A stretch of DNA of 61,897 nt, filler included, from Choristocarpus tenellus KU-1152 (taxonomy: Eukaryota; Protista; Phaeophyceae): NCBI GenBank assembly GCA_964200185.2. It is 10 parts of 10 records of this genome, joined end to end, with 100 filler letters (N's around TTAATTAATTAA, not from the genome) between each part and the next. Parts side by side here need not be neighbours in the genome. Positions count along the whole stretch, not along the records: positions 1 to 6,339 come from CAXNAD020008354.1; positions 6,440 to 10,766 come from CAXNAD020015107.1; 8 more parts are not named here. One strand, given 5' to 3'. Below are positions 1-10,866 of the stretch, one piece after another (the first letter of the stretch is position 1; each line of letters starts with the position of its first letter). The notes under the pieces were generated by a model, which was not told the origin of the DNA, ran no database searches, and was given only the letters and a program-made list of their open reading frames with translations. The position numbers and the translations under genes are program-made.

Positions 1-865
1 ACGTGGGATGGATAATGTAAGTGCACTTTTCCTGGTTTTGGCCCAAATGGACACCCTGGTGTAGACCCCCCCCTAGATACTTTCGATCAAAAAGGGTTGG
101 ACATGATGCAGGTAGCTGGTCTGAGGGATAGATAAGGATTGTCGGCTGAGCCACACATTATAGCCAACTCTTTTTCCTAACCTATCCCCAACGCCTGCTA
201 ATCCCCACCGGAAGTCCTCATGTATAGATTTAGGGGAAGGGGGTTCCATGACTGAGGAAGTTAAACCAGGTCTGAGTGGGAGAACTCTGGATGAGTCCAG
301 GCAAGGAGCTGCTGGGCAAGTTAAGCTAAGTCCTGTGGTTGCAGACCGTGCAGTAAGTGGGACAATTACTAGACTTGGCGACTCTTTTGCAGTTTGAGAA
401 TTGGCATCATGTCTGGAGAATCCAAGTTGGTCTGATTGGCTGAATACTAAGGGAGTTGTAGGACATCTGTTAGGTAATAGAGATAATGGTATTTCCTTTG
501 GAGACTTTAACTTCTACGGGAATGGGCCAAGAGACCAGCCAATTGGTTATACCAGTGCTGATCATGCTAACTTTAGATTGTTTCTGGTGGTGTAAAGATG
601 TGTGGAGGAGGTTGTACTGACTCGTGCTCCAGAGAGCAGAAAAAAGTTGCAGTGTCTACTGCTGAGTATGAGTATTTTGGATTGTGTGGCTTGGGTAAAT
701 AGGTTATGTTCTTTAAGCTGGTGCACATTTTTGCATGCAACCACCTCACCGGGAATTTTAGTTTGTATGAGTGTTTGAGGATGAAGTTGATGAAATTAAG
801 ATTGCTCAAAAGGCAATATTCGGATGGAAATCAAAGCACATAGATATATGGTACGAATATATGCC
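1..865 (+). mobile_element. Degraded Ty1/Copia pol (RT C-terminus + RNase H) remnant
   Basis: Frameshifted/stop-interrupted translation gives CLENPSWSDWLNTKGVVGHLLGNRDNGISFG (cf. NP..HW.A..IL.YL.GT..GI.F), VSGGVKMCGGG..SREQKKVAVSTAEYEY (cf. SRKQK.VALST.EAEY) and VFEDE..KSKHIDIWY (cf. EDN..RSKHID). Confidence 0.85.
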
Positions 866-909
866 CCAGTTGGAGAGAAAGGGAAAAATTACAATTTGGT
901 ATTTTCATA

Positions 910-1351
910 CTTCCTCCATTCGGAATTAAATGTGTAACACAATTTTTGCAGCCCCAATGAAGAATATATTTTTTTTCACGTGTTCATATTTTATGGGTGT
1001 ATTGTGCAGACACTACAAGGTTACCCATCGAAATCTCAAGAAAAATGAGGCAGCCTACACCTATCTATGATTCCGCCCCTGAAGCTCTCCAAAACTCCAT
1101 TCCAGCATGGTATTTTGCTACATCCACCGGGGCATTCGGGTGGAGCTTGCCTGCCTTTCTAAATATTTTCCTTGCTAAGATGGGGAAGTTTGAACCATTG
1201 TCACCCTTGGGCCCCTCAGTACTTTACCGTAGACTGCGAAGAGACTCTGCCAGACGTGCTCTAGTATCTCCCAAAGGTGCACATCGAACGCCTCCATCGT
1301 GGCCTCCACCAGCTCCTCTTTGTTGGTCACCCTCATGTCTTCCTTCAGTTG
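910..1351 (-). mobile_element. Truncated copy (one TIR + transposase C-terminus) of the plant-type mariner family at 50019
   Basis: TA at 908-909, then CTTCCTCCATTCGGAATTAAATG. Colinear with 50019-50465. ORF 1175..1420 (QLKEDMRVTNKEELVEATMEAF) matches QLKEDVGVTNTEELEEDTMEAF in the other copy. Confidence 0.85.
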
Positions 1352-1359
1352 TGAATTAT

Positions 1360-2100
1360 TGTCAAGGGCTGGGTAGACTGGGCAGGAACAACAATCCCTG
1401 CTCTTGTCCCGGAGGTTCACACTGTATCAGATCAGTATTTTAGGTTCATGAGGAGGGTACAGCATGAGATGATCTGCCTTCTAAACAGGATCTGTTTCGA
1501 CCCTTCTGGATACAACTGGCCAACCTCCCGAATGATACAGAGGAGCAATGGAGGGGAAAGTTCTTCATTAGCACTATCCCGCCACCGGAGCCAGTGTAAA
1601 CAAGTGGCCAATTCATGGGCATCCACACAACCCCTGGGACCAGCGTGCCGGATTCCTTCTATAGACTTTACACTTGCCGCCAGCAGATCTCTAGGGAGGA
1701 AGGAGACCCTATCCAACAGGTGCCCAGTCGCCGGGTGCAGGAGGCATAATGTCGAAATCTGACATGCCCGCACCTACCCTGAGCAGGGAGATAATTGCGC
1801 CAGCACATGCCGATGGTGGAATGCCTAGGCCAACTTAGCAGGGGAATGGGCATCCCTTTCACTATGAAAGATAGCAGTCCGTTCACAGTGGGCCAGAACT
1901 TGAACATAGACGTGGTTGGTTTTCTATATAGGGGTACTCTCAGACGCTGGCTCAGCTCCCTACCAAGTCAAAGGTCTCCTTCTGGATGTAGCTTTTGTAG
2001 AAGTCCAGGTAGCTTGTCGTCTGCCCCACTCATTCACCAGCTATGGTGTAGCTGCTGCTGCAGCCAAGGTGTGATGGCACACCCACAACGAAGGATATTT
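1360..2100 (-). mobile_element. Probable degraded Ty3/Gypsy pol (RNase H-integrase zinc finger) remnant
   Basis: Minus-strand fragments IQKETFDLVG, PYIENQ..FKF, AQGR.GH and RHAG...LATCLHW...HC appear in Gypsy RH-then-HHCC order. Heavily decayed. Confidence 0.4.
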
Positions 2101-2624
2101 AGACCCTTCCTCATAGTTTTAATCTTAACACCTTTGCGGTGGAAGGTTTTGGGCACCTTGGAAAGCAAGCAGAAATTTTCTTAATGAATTAGCCACACAA
2201 GCAGTAGGGGGTAGAGGGGTGGGAGGATATGGTAGGAAAGGGGCTGTCAAGTTCCGTTTGAGACAGATAGTGTTTGTCACTCCGCAATAGTTCTCTCGAG
2301 ACGTGTGATGCATTTAAATCTTGAGACCAGGCAGGTGGGCAGGAAGGGGTCTGTCAAATCTTAGGATGCTTCTTGAGCCCCTCGCCCACCTTTGTAGGGA
2401 TAAGCTAGGTTAGAAGCATCACAGCGTATACATCACATTGTGTAGTTACCAAACTCTATGGGAGCATTGTTGTATTGTCCGTTTTCAATATTTTTTGCAT
2501 TCTTGGCAACTGTTCTTTTTAAGGCGGTTCTTGTGATATAGTTTTGGTTTTGTCCCTGGCACATTTGCAAAATGTCAGAGGGTACAATGATAATGTATCT
2601 CCATCAGTTCACTGATTATTATGC

Positions 2625-3480
2625 TGCTACTACTGCTGAGGTCAGCTGGAGGATTCAGAAAGCCTCGGAGATGCTTTTGCAAATACAGTCAATAATTGTT
2701 TTGACAGGACACCAGGTGTCTCACGTCAGGTTAAGATTAGAATGCTCAAAGCTGAAGTATTTGAAGTTCTGTTTTATGGTTGTATGCTATGGACACCCTG
2801 CCAGGCTCATTATCTGAAGCGAGCCAAAGTAAACTAGAGATATGTACCTAGGTTTTGGTCGTTGTGCATTATAAACCAGTTTTCCATTCTCTTGCAATTC
2901 GCACGTACTTCTATGGATGAAGTGCTAAGTTTGACTTGACGTGGTTGATTTCTCTATTGTTTGAAAGTTTTTTATACACATTCGGAAAATATCCTATGGA
3001 CGTTTGTAAGAAAAGCCGACATTTGCACATAATTTGCTGGCATCCTTTGAAGTGCAACTCTGGGTACCTCTTGTTTGCTTTGACTCAGCTCTGCTCAAAA
3101 GACATCAGGTGCATCCCTGTGCTGCACAGGTTTCCGCAAATGGGAATGCACCAACCAATCGTGTCCTTTCCTACAAAATACTCTTATGAAGACTGGATGT
3201 AAGAATATCGAGGTGGTGGAGCGCAAGCAGAGGCTCCTTCCTGTTTGCTGGGTCACTGGCTCGCATGGTTAGGGAGCATACGAATTGCATAATGGAAACA
3301 AGGTGGGCAGGAGAAGAACTGCGGATATGTCTCCAAGACAGCCTTGACATGCCTGGAATTGGACTCGAGGATTGGAGCATGAGAGTCACTAACCAAAAGG
3401 AGTGGTATAAGTGTGTTGCTATCTTCCCATCTAACCCCAAAAGGGTATGAAGGGTGATTCCTATCCCTCAACAAATAATG
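2625..3480 (+). mobile_element. RTE-clade LINE 3' ORF remnant interrupted by a MITE
   Basis: AEVSWRIQKA, VKIRMLKAEVFEVLFYGCMLWTPCQAHYLK, then after the MITE at 2821-3086 the frame resumes (HYLK|LCSK). Later CLQDSLDMPGIGLEDW..NQKEWYKCV. Confidence 0.8.
2821..3086. mobile_element. MITE family B copy 1 (GAGCCAAAGTA...CTTTGACTC), 3-bp TSD AGC
   Basis: Terminal inverted repeats. AGC at 2818-2820 and 3087-3089. Excision restores the LINE reading frame. Internal similarity to 3600-3847. Confidence 0.85.
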
Positions 3481-3599
3481 ATGATTCAAAGTGCTTCCAT
3501 CGTCATTTTATCACTTTGCCCTCCTTCCACCATCCATTATCCGCAGCGAATCGCCAGTAGAGTATTCTTACCTTGAACTTTTGCGAAGGTAGGTATACT

Positions 3600-3847
3600 G
3601 AGCAAGAGTGAACGAGGAGTACCCAGGTTTTGACTATTTTAATAATTTTAGTCCACTTTTATTATACTTCGAATTATTTAACAATTTATCCTTACTTTTT
3701 GGAGAGCATTATTGATTTCTCTATTGTTCGAGAACTTCCAGTAGAATTCAGAGACTTCCCTGTACACATTTGTTAAAAAAAGACGAATTTGGCACATTTG
3801 CCAGCATCCTTAAGATGTAACCTGGTACCTCTCGTTTACTTTGACTC
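3600..3847. mobile_element. MITE family B copy 2, 3-bp TSD ACT
   Basis: GAGCAAGAGTGAACGAGGAGTACCCAGG ... CCTGGTACCTCTCGTTTACTTTGACTC. ACT at 3597-3599 and 3848-3850. Shares TTGATTTCTCTATTGTT and the 3' end with copy 1. Confidence 0.85.
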
Positions 3848-4344
3848 ACTGTCTGTCTTAGGTCTTGTGAATAATTAGATTGAGCAAAGGGTTCTCTGAA
3901 CCTTCCTCCTCAGGAACAACGACGAAGCCCATCTTGATGATGAATAGATCAGTCTACTTTTGTCGTCCCACCTGCTCTCTCTCCAGGGCCTCTACATACG
4001 GTTTGACTCGTACCTCAAACTCTTCCTCAAACATTTGCACCAGTGCAACAGATGGGGTGTTGATGTCGCCACCTATAGAGGGAGGCATCCCTGACCTGCT
4101 GATGATATATGAGGATACTACGTATTTCCTTCCCTTGTTGTGTACACTCTATGATCATGGTAGTCTCTGTGGTAAGGTTCGTCCGCAAATTGATCATTCC
4201 CTCCAAACGCACATTCTAATGTCAAGAAGAAACAACACAAATATACGTAGACACACTCGCACATAACTATGGAGGTGCACATGTGATATAAATATGTATA
4301 TGTTGTGTATGGGACGGGGTGGGGTCAATGTGTATATTAGCTAT

Positions 4345-4720
4345 CACAACTTCCTTGGAGTCCCTTTCAGCCATGACGCTCGTTGTGCTGTTAGGCACAC
4401 ACTCATACCACTTCTGTCGGCTAGTGGCATTGATGCTCCAGCCCTTGACTTCAGTCCCAAACTTGTCAAAATCGTCTTGGAGGCATGTCTACCGGTTCTT
4501 CTACTACTGTCCAGTCCACCTTGCTTTCGTTTCCCAACTACAAGCTCCTCAAACAGCAATACTTTAGGGAATTTCTCATTCCCCATGCGAGTCTCTCACC
4601 CAACAAATAGGAGCCTCTTCTTGCACATCTTTTTCTCGATACAAGCTTTATAAGACCATCTTTATAGGATAGGACACGATCCGTGTATTCCAATTACCAG
4701 AAATCTATGCAGCGGAGGAG
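4345..4720 (-). mobile_element. RTE-clade LINE 3' remnant
   Basis: ORF 4344..4586 MGNEKFPKVLLFEELVVGKRKQGG (cf. RLPK..FGEL..G.R.RGG). Similar to 35300-35530 on the opposite strand. Confidence 0.75.
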
Positions 4721-6282
4721 GAACTTGTGATAATGTGAGCGGAGCTCAAGACAATGCGATGGTGGAGTGTTCACCTCGTACACCCATAGAACAGAGTTTC
4801 AAGTACTTGCTTATTATTACTATTATTCGCATTGGTTTGAGGGATTTCAGACCTGTGGTCGAAAGAGTAATAAAAAGAATACAATACGTAATGCTTCAGA
4901 ACAGGGAAGAAGGACCAAAAAAGAAATACAAGCCAGAAGACAAAAAAAGAAAAGAAAGGAGGCGAAACGGGAGAGTAGATTTCAAAAGGTTGTGTTGTTC
5001 CAGGCAATATGTTCAACTCAACGCACGATACTACCCCACTAGCAGGAAGCTCATGTCAGTAGCTGCTTCGGGATATATCAATAGGATAATAACTAGAAAT
5101 AGGGGAGAGACAAATTGGGTTACCTCTCTTCTTGGCTTTCTTCGTCCTCCTATTTTTTGTTTTCCTTCCTTGTCTGTCGTGTGTGTAGTTTTTAGGGATA
5201 CAGATGTATAATCTAATCATATTTCAGAATGATCAAATACTCAAAAAAAGTACATATTAAATATGTGTGTGTATCTCTCACATTTTACACCATCATTTGA
5301 TCTAAACATATTTCTTTACCACGACTATACTCCATTTTTGGATGGAACACCTCAGCAAAGAGCAGACCTTTTCCACAGTGAAGAGACCATTCTACTATTT
5401 CTTGGCACCCTCGATTCTGGAAGTAAAATAAAGAAATAGAATAAAAATTGCGTGCTTTAATAAAAGTGGCATTAATACAAAACGCCCATGAACTGCTTAC
5501 CTCTCAATTACTTTGACTCAAAACTGATCCAAGAAAAGCTCCGATGGCACTCACTTTACGGAAAAACAAAAAAAGGCGTGACACCTGTTTGTATGATGTT
5601 TGAATAGTGGTGATGGTTCATCAGACCTGGTCCATGAAATCCAATAAAAAAATTCTTACAGGACAAGCAATATTTCCTTATGGCTACAAGAACGAATTTT
5701 CTTCACACTTGAATCCTTCTCTTTCCTTAGTAACATCTAAACATGGAAGTCTCCATTGTTTACTTACGGGGTGAACCACCAATGTTCATGTGTCTCATAT
5801 GTCGAACTTCTGGAGTGTCACTCACCAGTTGTCACAGACAACTTTGGAAGTTCATATAGTACATATACAGTCCTACATCAGCAACACATACAAGAGTGAC
5901 TCTCTTGCCTGTAACTTTGACACAGCAGCATCTTCACACCCAACCAATATGATCACGTAACCACAATTTCAACCTTCTTAACGAAACACTTGACTAAGAA
6001 AACATATATATGAACTCAACCACCCACTTCAAACACAGCTACCGGAGAGATATTAGTTTTCTAGACAATGTAGAAATCACCACTGGTGTCTGATTCATTA
6101 CCGAAATACCAACCCTTCAACTTCATTCTTTCTCAGCCAATTACTCCATACCTATTCGTTTATCTCTGGCAATGTCTTTTATCTGATTGTGTGACACCAA
6201 GGAGACGATGAACCCACACATATGAGGGTCATTCACTAATAGGTTTGTGATTTCTTGGTACAAGGACAGTCGTGACGACAAA

Positions 6283-6534
6283 GAGTCAAAGTATCTTAGA
6301 GGGTACGAGTTTTGCCCTGTTTGTCCATTTGGGGCTTGGNNNNNNNNNNNNNNNNNNNNNNNNNNNNNNNNNNNNNNNNNNNNTTAATTAATTAANNNNN
6401 NNNNNNNNNNNNNNNNNNNNNNNNNNNNNNNNNNNNNNNCTCAAAAACATGATAGTCAAAATTACATCAAAATCGGAACATTCGAATTTGACCCCGAAAT
6501 GGACGCGGCTCTACCCTCTAAGATACTTTGGCTC
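6283..6534. mobile_element. MITE family A halves flanking gap 1
   Basis: Left part GAGTCAAAGTATCTTAGAGGGTACGAG (6283-6339) and right part ending TACCCTCTAAGATACTTTGGCTC (6440-6534), both in the same orientation as the intact copy at 19805. Confidence 0.8.
6340..6439. other. Artificial contig linker N44-TTAATTAATTAA-N44 (first of nine)
   Basis: Identical 100-bp spacers at 6340, 10767, 17922, 31159, 37232, 41153, 46930, 55380 and 58304. TTAATTAATTAA places stops in all six frames. Confidence 0.97.
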
Positions 6535-9299
6535 AACACTGGATTTTTTTCTTTCATTTTCTCATCCATACTGGACCTGGCGATTTGACTCTGGCAACAC
6601 TAATAACACGACACGACACAATATCACAAATATTGGGTACTGCTGCATTACACCAAGGTTTCTGTCGGAATATATTTCCAATTCTTGTCCGAGGAAGGTA
6701 GATTTTGCAAGAACAATCAGTTGATTGAAGATATTGTTGTATTCTGAAGAACAGAAGATAAGTATGGGTTGATGAACTGTTGCATGATGCATGCCGTTGC
6801 AATCCCATATCTCCCAAGTGACTTTGGGAATATGTAAGTAAGGTCGTAAACATGTGAACTCACCGTCCACACCCGTTCACATAAACTAGTCTACTGTTAC
6901 CGCCGGGTGCACCGGCAAATCTGGCGTTCATGCCACTATTTGGAGCCAGCCCTCGGCCACCACACACATACATGTATGCTTTTGTCGACTCTATGAGAAG
7001 CTTCTCCTTCATGTCTTGCAGGCCTTCCTTCATTGACAGGGCAGCATACACGATTGGTACTGCTAGAAGGGACTTCAGCGTATGTATGTGCAGAGACTTC
7101 GTAGTCTCTCTTTTATTGATAAAAGAGATCTGAGCAAGGAGCTTCTCCACTTCCCACACTATCTTTCGGTCATATTGTCAACAGGGGTCGAGAGGGGACT
7201 CTGTCTTCTCTATCTTCCCAAAGCTGTGAAGAACCGTCTCTCAATAGCCTGATAATGTGTTAACGGATCGGAACTGTGAAGAAACTGATGAAGGGTGGAT
7301 CCGGCTTGACTAGTGGTGTGCTCTCGACGAAATCTCTAGATAACATAATAATAGATGGTCCAGTAAAAAGTGATTTGGTGTATTTTTGCTCGAGATTTTC
7401 ATTTTCCATTGCCCCACTCATCTCTAATATAAAAAAGCCCGCCTTACTCTTCGTAGGTACACTGAGTTCTTCCCCTGCCGATTTCTCTTTACACCATTTT
7501 TCATTGTTAATTTCGTAGGTTTAAGTTATTTCCCATCGACCAGTCTGTATCGGTGTCTTCTATCTTCCCACCAGAGGTAGAGACCCCCGAGACAAATCTG
7601 ATGAGAACATAATTATTTATCGTAAGTTGTATTGGGTCTGAGATTGGGGACCCTTCAAAATTTTTGGTACTGGGGAAGTCGGCAGGTTATACCATGCCTA
7701 TATCTTTTGTTCTCGTTTTCTTTGACACGTTGTCGTAATCTTTCCAATTCCATACATTATACCATGATCATCACACCACCACTGCTATTTTGATCATCTG
7801 TAATTCATTCAGGTCCCTACCTTTTGTGTTTTTCCTTCCTCGTGTACATGTTGGTTACTACACTATGGCACAGTCATACTGGCATCATTTCCTCTTCTTC
7901 TGGATTGACGTTACCTTGTGATAATGCCATTGCTACTTCGCAGCTATTTCATACACAGTTCCCTCCCCCCATTCCCAATAATTAATATACGTTACATATT
8001 CAACCCTACACTTCACTGGTAGTTTCACCTCACCAACTCAAACATTTTCTCACATGGTTGCACCATGTTCAGCGATTCAATTAAAAAAAAAAGTTCGGGA
8101 GCAACATCCACTTCCTGAATGTACTTTCACAGTGTATCCAAAGTAAGATGGCGTTGCTATGTATGCGACGGTCTGGTCAGACGGGGGTCCGGTCACTTGG
8201 AGTTGATAGAACATAACTAGATAACCTCAGGAAAATATCAGAGTACTTTACGATACTTTTTTGGGAATATTACTCGTAGTAGTAGTACTGTGTACGTTTC
8301 ATGTTGTATCCACCTGTTCCGTGTGTTTATGTGTATGTAGTATGTACTTTGTAGTATCTATAATAGTATCTGCTGCATTATTTATGCATTTCTTCACTAC
8401 GATGAAGTTCACCATTGTAGCAATTCTGGCAGACAAGCAAATCCACTCTCCTTCTATACAACGTCCTCCCTCAAAAACGACATATATGCATACACGTATG
8501 ATACCATGCCAGATTGAACCTCTTCGAACGGGTTCTACACCAGGAAGAAATCCCACTTAAAACGAAAAACACCAGCTTTTCTCACCCTGAACAAAAAAAA
8601 ACTCAAATGCCCTACAAATTACCAATTCTTGAAAATTTCACTCTTGAGATCAATACCTTCTCCGCGTATTGCATGGAAAAGCCACATTCAATGCTTACAT
8701 ATTTTGTCACCTTACATTACAATGCATGGCAACACAATCATAATATTATACAACGCATCTTATTATAATCCTGAGTAATTATCAATACTACTGTGCCATG
8801 TCAAAACAAGCACGAAAAAAAGTAAAGAGGTAAAATCGCACCACCAACATAGCGCCATGTTTCCAGAGTACCACTGTTACTCTATCGAGTGTTGTACGTG
8901 CGCTCTATTCCATCTACTGTTGTCGCTACCACACTGTATATCATGAAATTCGAGAGAGTGCCTGTGCCCTACTGTACTTCATACATACAAAAAATTAGGC
9001 TAGGTATAGTTACCACCTACTACTCTGTGTGGAGCACGTAAAGTGTTCATCCATTAATCTTCCGCAAAATTCAATCCTCAGTTGACCATTCCTCCAGCCA
9101 GCCTATCAACCGTTAACCCACCATACAACAAGCTAGCAGTACAGATCTCCCAACACTTGCTTGGTTTTCTTCATTCTCTTCTTCTTGTTGTCTGAGGAAT
9201 GTGTGGGCTGAGCTGGAGCTGTAAAGATATTTGCAGGGAACTCATCATGAAGGGGTGGAAGGACAACCCAACTAAAGAAATCCTGGACACAACATCGCA

Positions 9300-10300
9300 A
9301 CGGCAGGAAGGGGCAGGCCAAGAAATGATCGTGAGGGCATTGCAATTCTGTTAGCTCGACAGGAAACCTACCTCAGTCATCACCTAAGCTGAGGTGGAAA
9401 TTTCCAAATAAGCAACCAACCAGGTGGAAAACCCACTAATATTTGACACATTTAAGTGCAGACAATAGGCAGACAACAGCAGAAACATGTCCATATCCTG
9501 CCAGCTAGCACAAGGCACATAACTAGGAAAATATAAGCCAAGTAGCGACAACTCAAGGAGTACAATGTACATTACACTACTACATACATTGAAGAATTAC
9601 ATAATAAACTATGTACTAACTACCAAGCAGGCTGGTCTTTGACCTTGCGTCCAACAACACAGGATTGGCAGCCAATTATCATTCCACATTGTAAACGAGA
9701 TCTCAATCAACCACTTTCACAGTTGAATGAATGTTGAGGGCTCCTTCCCATGTTCATATGTACGCAGCCAGCATGCTCCCATCTCAGATACAAGATCATC
9801 TCTCCCCACTGCAGCACCAGGTCTATTGAACCTTATAAATTACTAGTTTACAATGATGCCAAATAAGTTAACACCACACCTTACTCCACTCAGTTACATC
9901 TAGCCCCCCGCACACCCTTGCTTGCACTAACCTTCAGCGGCAGTGCACACATAGTTCAATAGTCAAACACGACATGACAGATCTCCTAGCAGGCGCGACC
10001 CCTTCCTTCCCCTATTTCCTTCAACTTCACCCAGTGATCCACCATCAACTCATAACGTATTGGCACTAGCCCACTAACGATCCATGCCTACACATTGCAC
10101 TGTTTGTCAAGGTGAACATGTTTAAAGCACCTACAATACAAAGACAATCCTGATTGGCGGTACGAGGTCATGGGGTGGAGGCAAGATGTTTGCGCAGTAG
10201 TGGAATGGTCCATTCAAGATTACACTACTAACACCAACCCTAGCCTTCTCAAGTCCAAGGACATCAAAAAGCTCAGGAGACGAGGTATCCCTCCTCACCT
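9300..10300 (+). mobile_element. Possible highly degraded Ty3/Gypsy pol remnant
   Basis: KYKPSSDN (cf. YKPG..N at the end of RNase H) near 9530 and FAQ*WNGPFKI (GPY/F motif after integrase) near 10190. Little else is recognisable. Confidence 0.35.
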
Positions 10301-10866
10301 CAAAATCCAAATACCATAGGAGTGTGCATAGCGTGAACAACTTCACTCACCTGCCTTCACGGGCTTTACACAACCCTGCACATGCCTTCCAACTTGTGAA
10401 ATGTGTGTATTGATCCCAACATCACATGTATTACTATCATAACTTACTGACTTCAGACAGTTCCTCTCTGTTGCACCCACATAAATACGGTGGGCACCAA
10501 ATCCCTCCTCTTCCTCCTCCAGGAGGTATATACCCTCAATTGACCTAAAACACACCCACAGTACAGAGTAAGTACAGTGGAAGAGCAATGCCTTCCATGG
10601 CCAATCGCAAATGCACACACCCAGAACCAACCACACACCCACACCTTATGTAGACAACCATTAAACCACCGTAATCATCCCGCTACATGCTGGCTGCATG
10701 AACCTCCTCATTGAAACGTGACTGAAAAGGGGTACAAAGATTGAGGGATTTCAACGGGGGGAGGGGNNNNNNNNNNNNNNNNNNNNNNNNNNNNNNNNNN
10801 NNNNNNNNNNTTAATTAATTAANNNNNNNNNNNNNNNNNNNNNNNNNNNNNNNNNNNNNNNNNNNN

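Noticed and set aside
5490-5519. Lone ATTACTTTGACTC end similar to MITE family B
   Set aside because: No matching opposite terminus or TSD found.
6550-7160. Copia gag-like text on the minus strand and a protease-like WRFDSGNT on the plus strand
   Set aside because: The signals are weak and on opposite strands, so no consistent element can be assigned.
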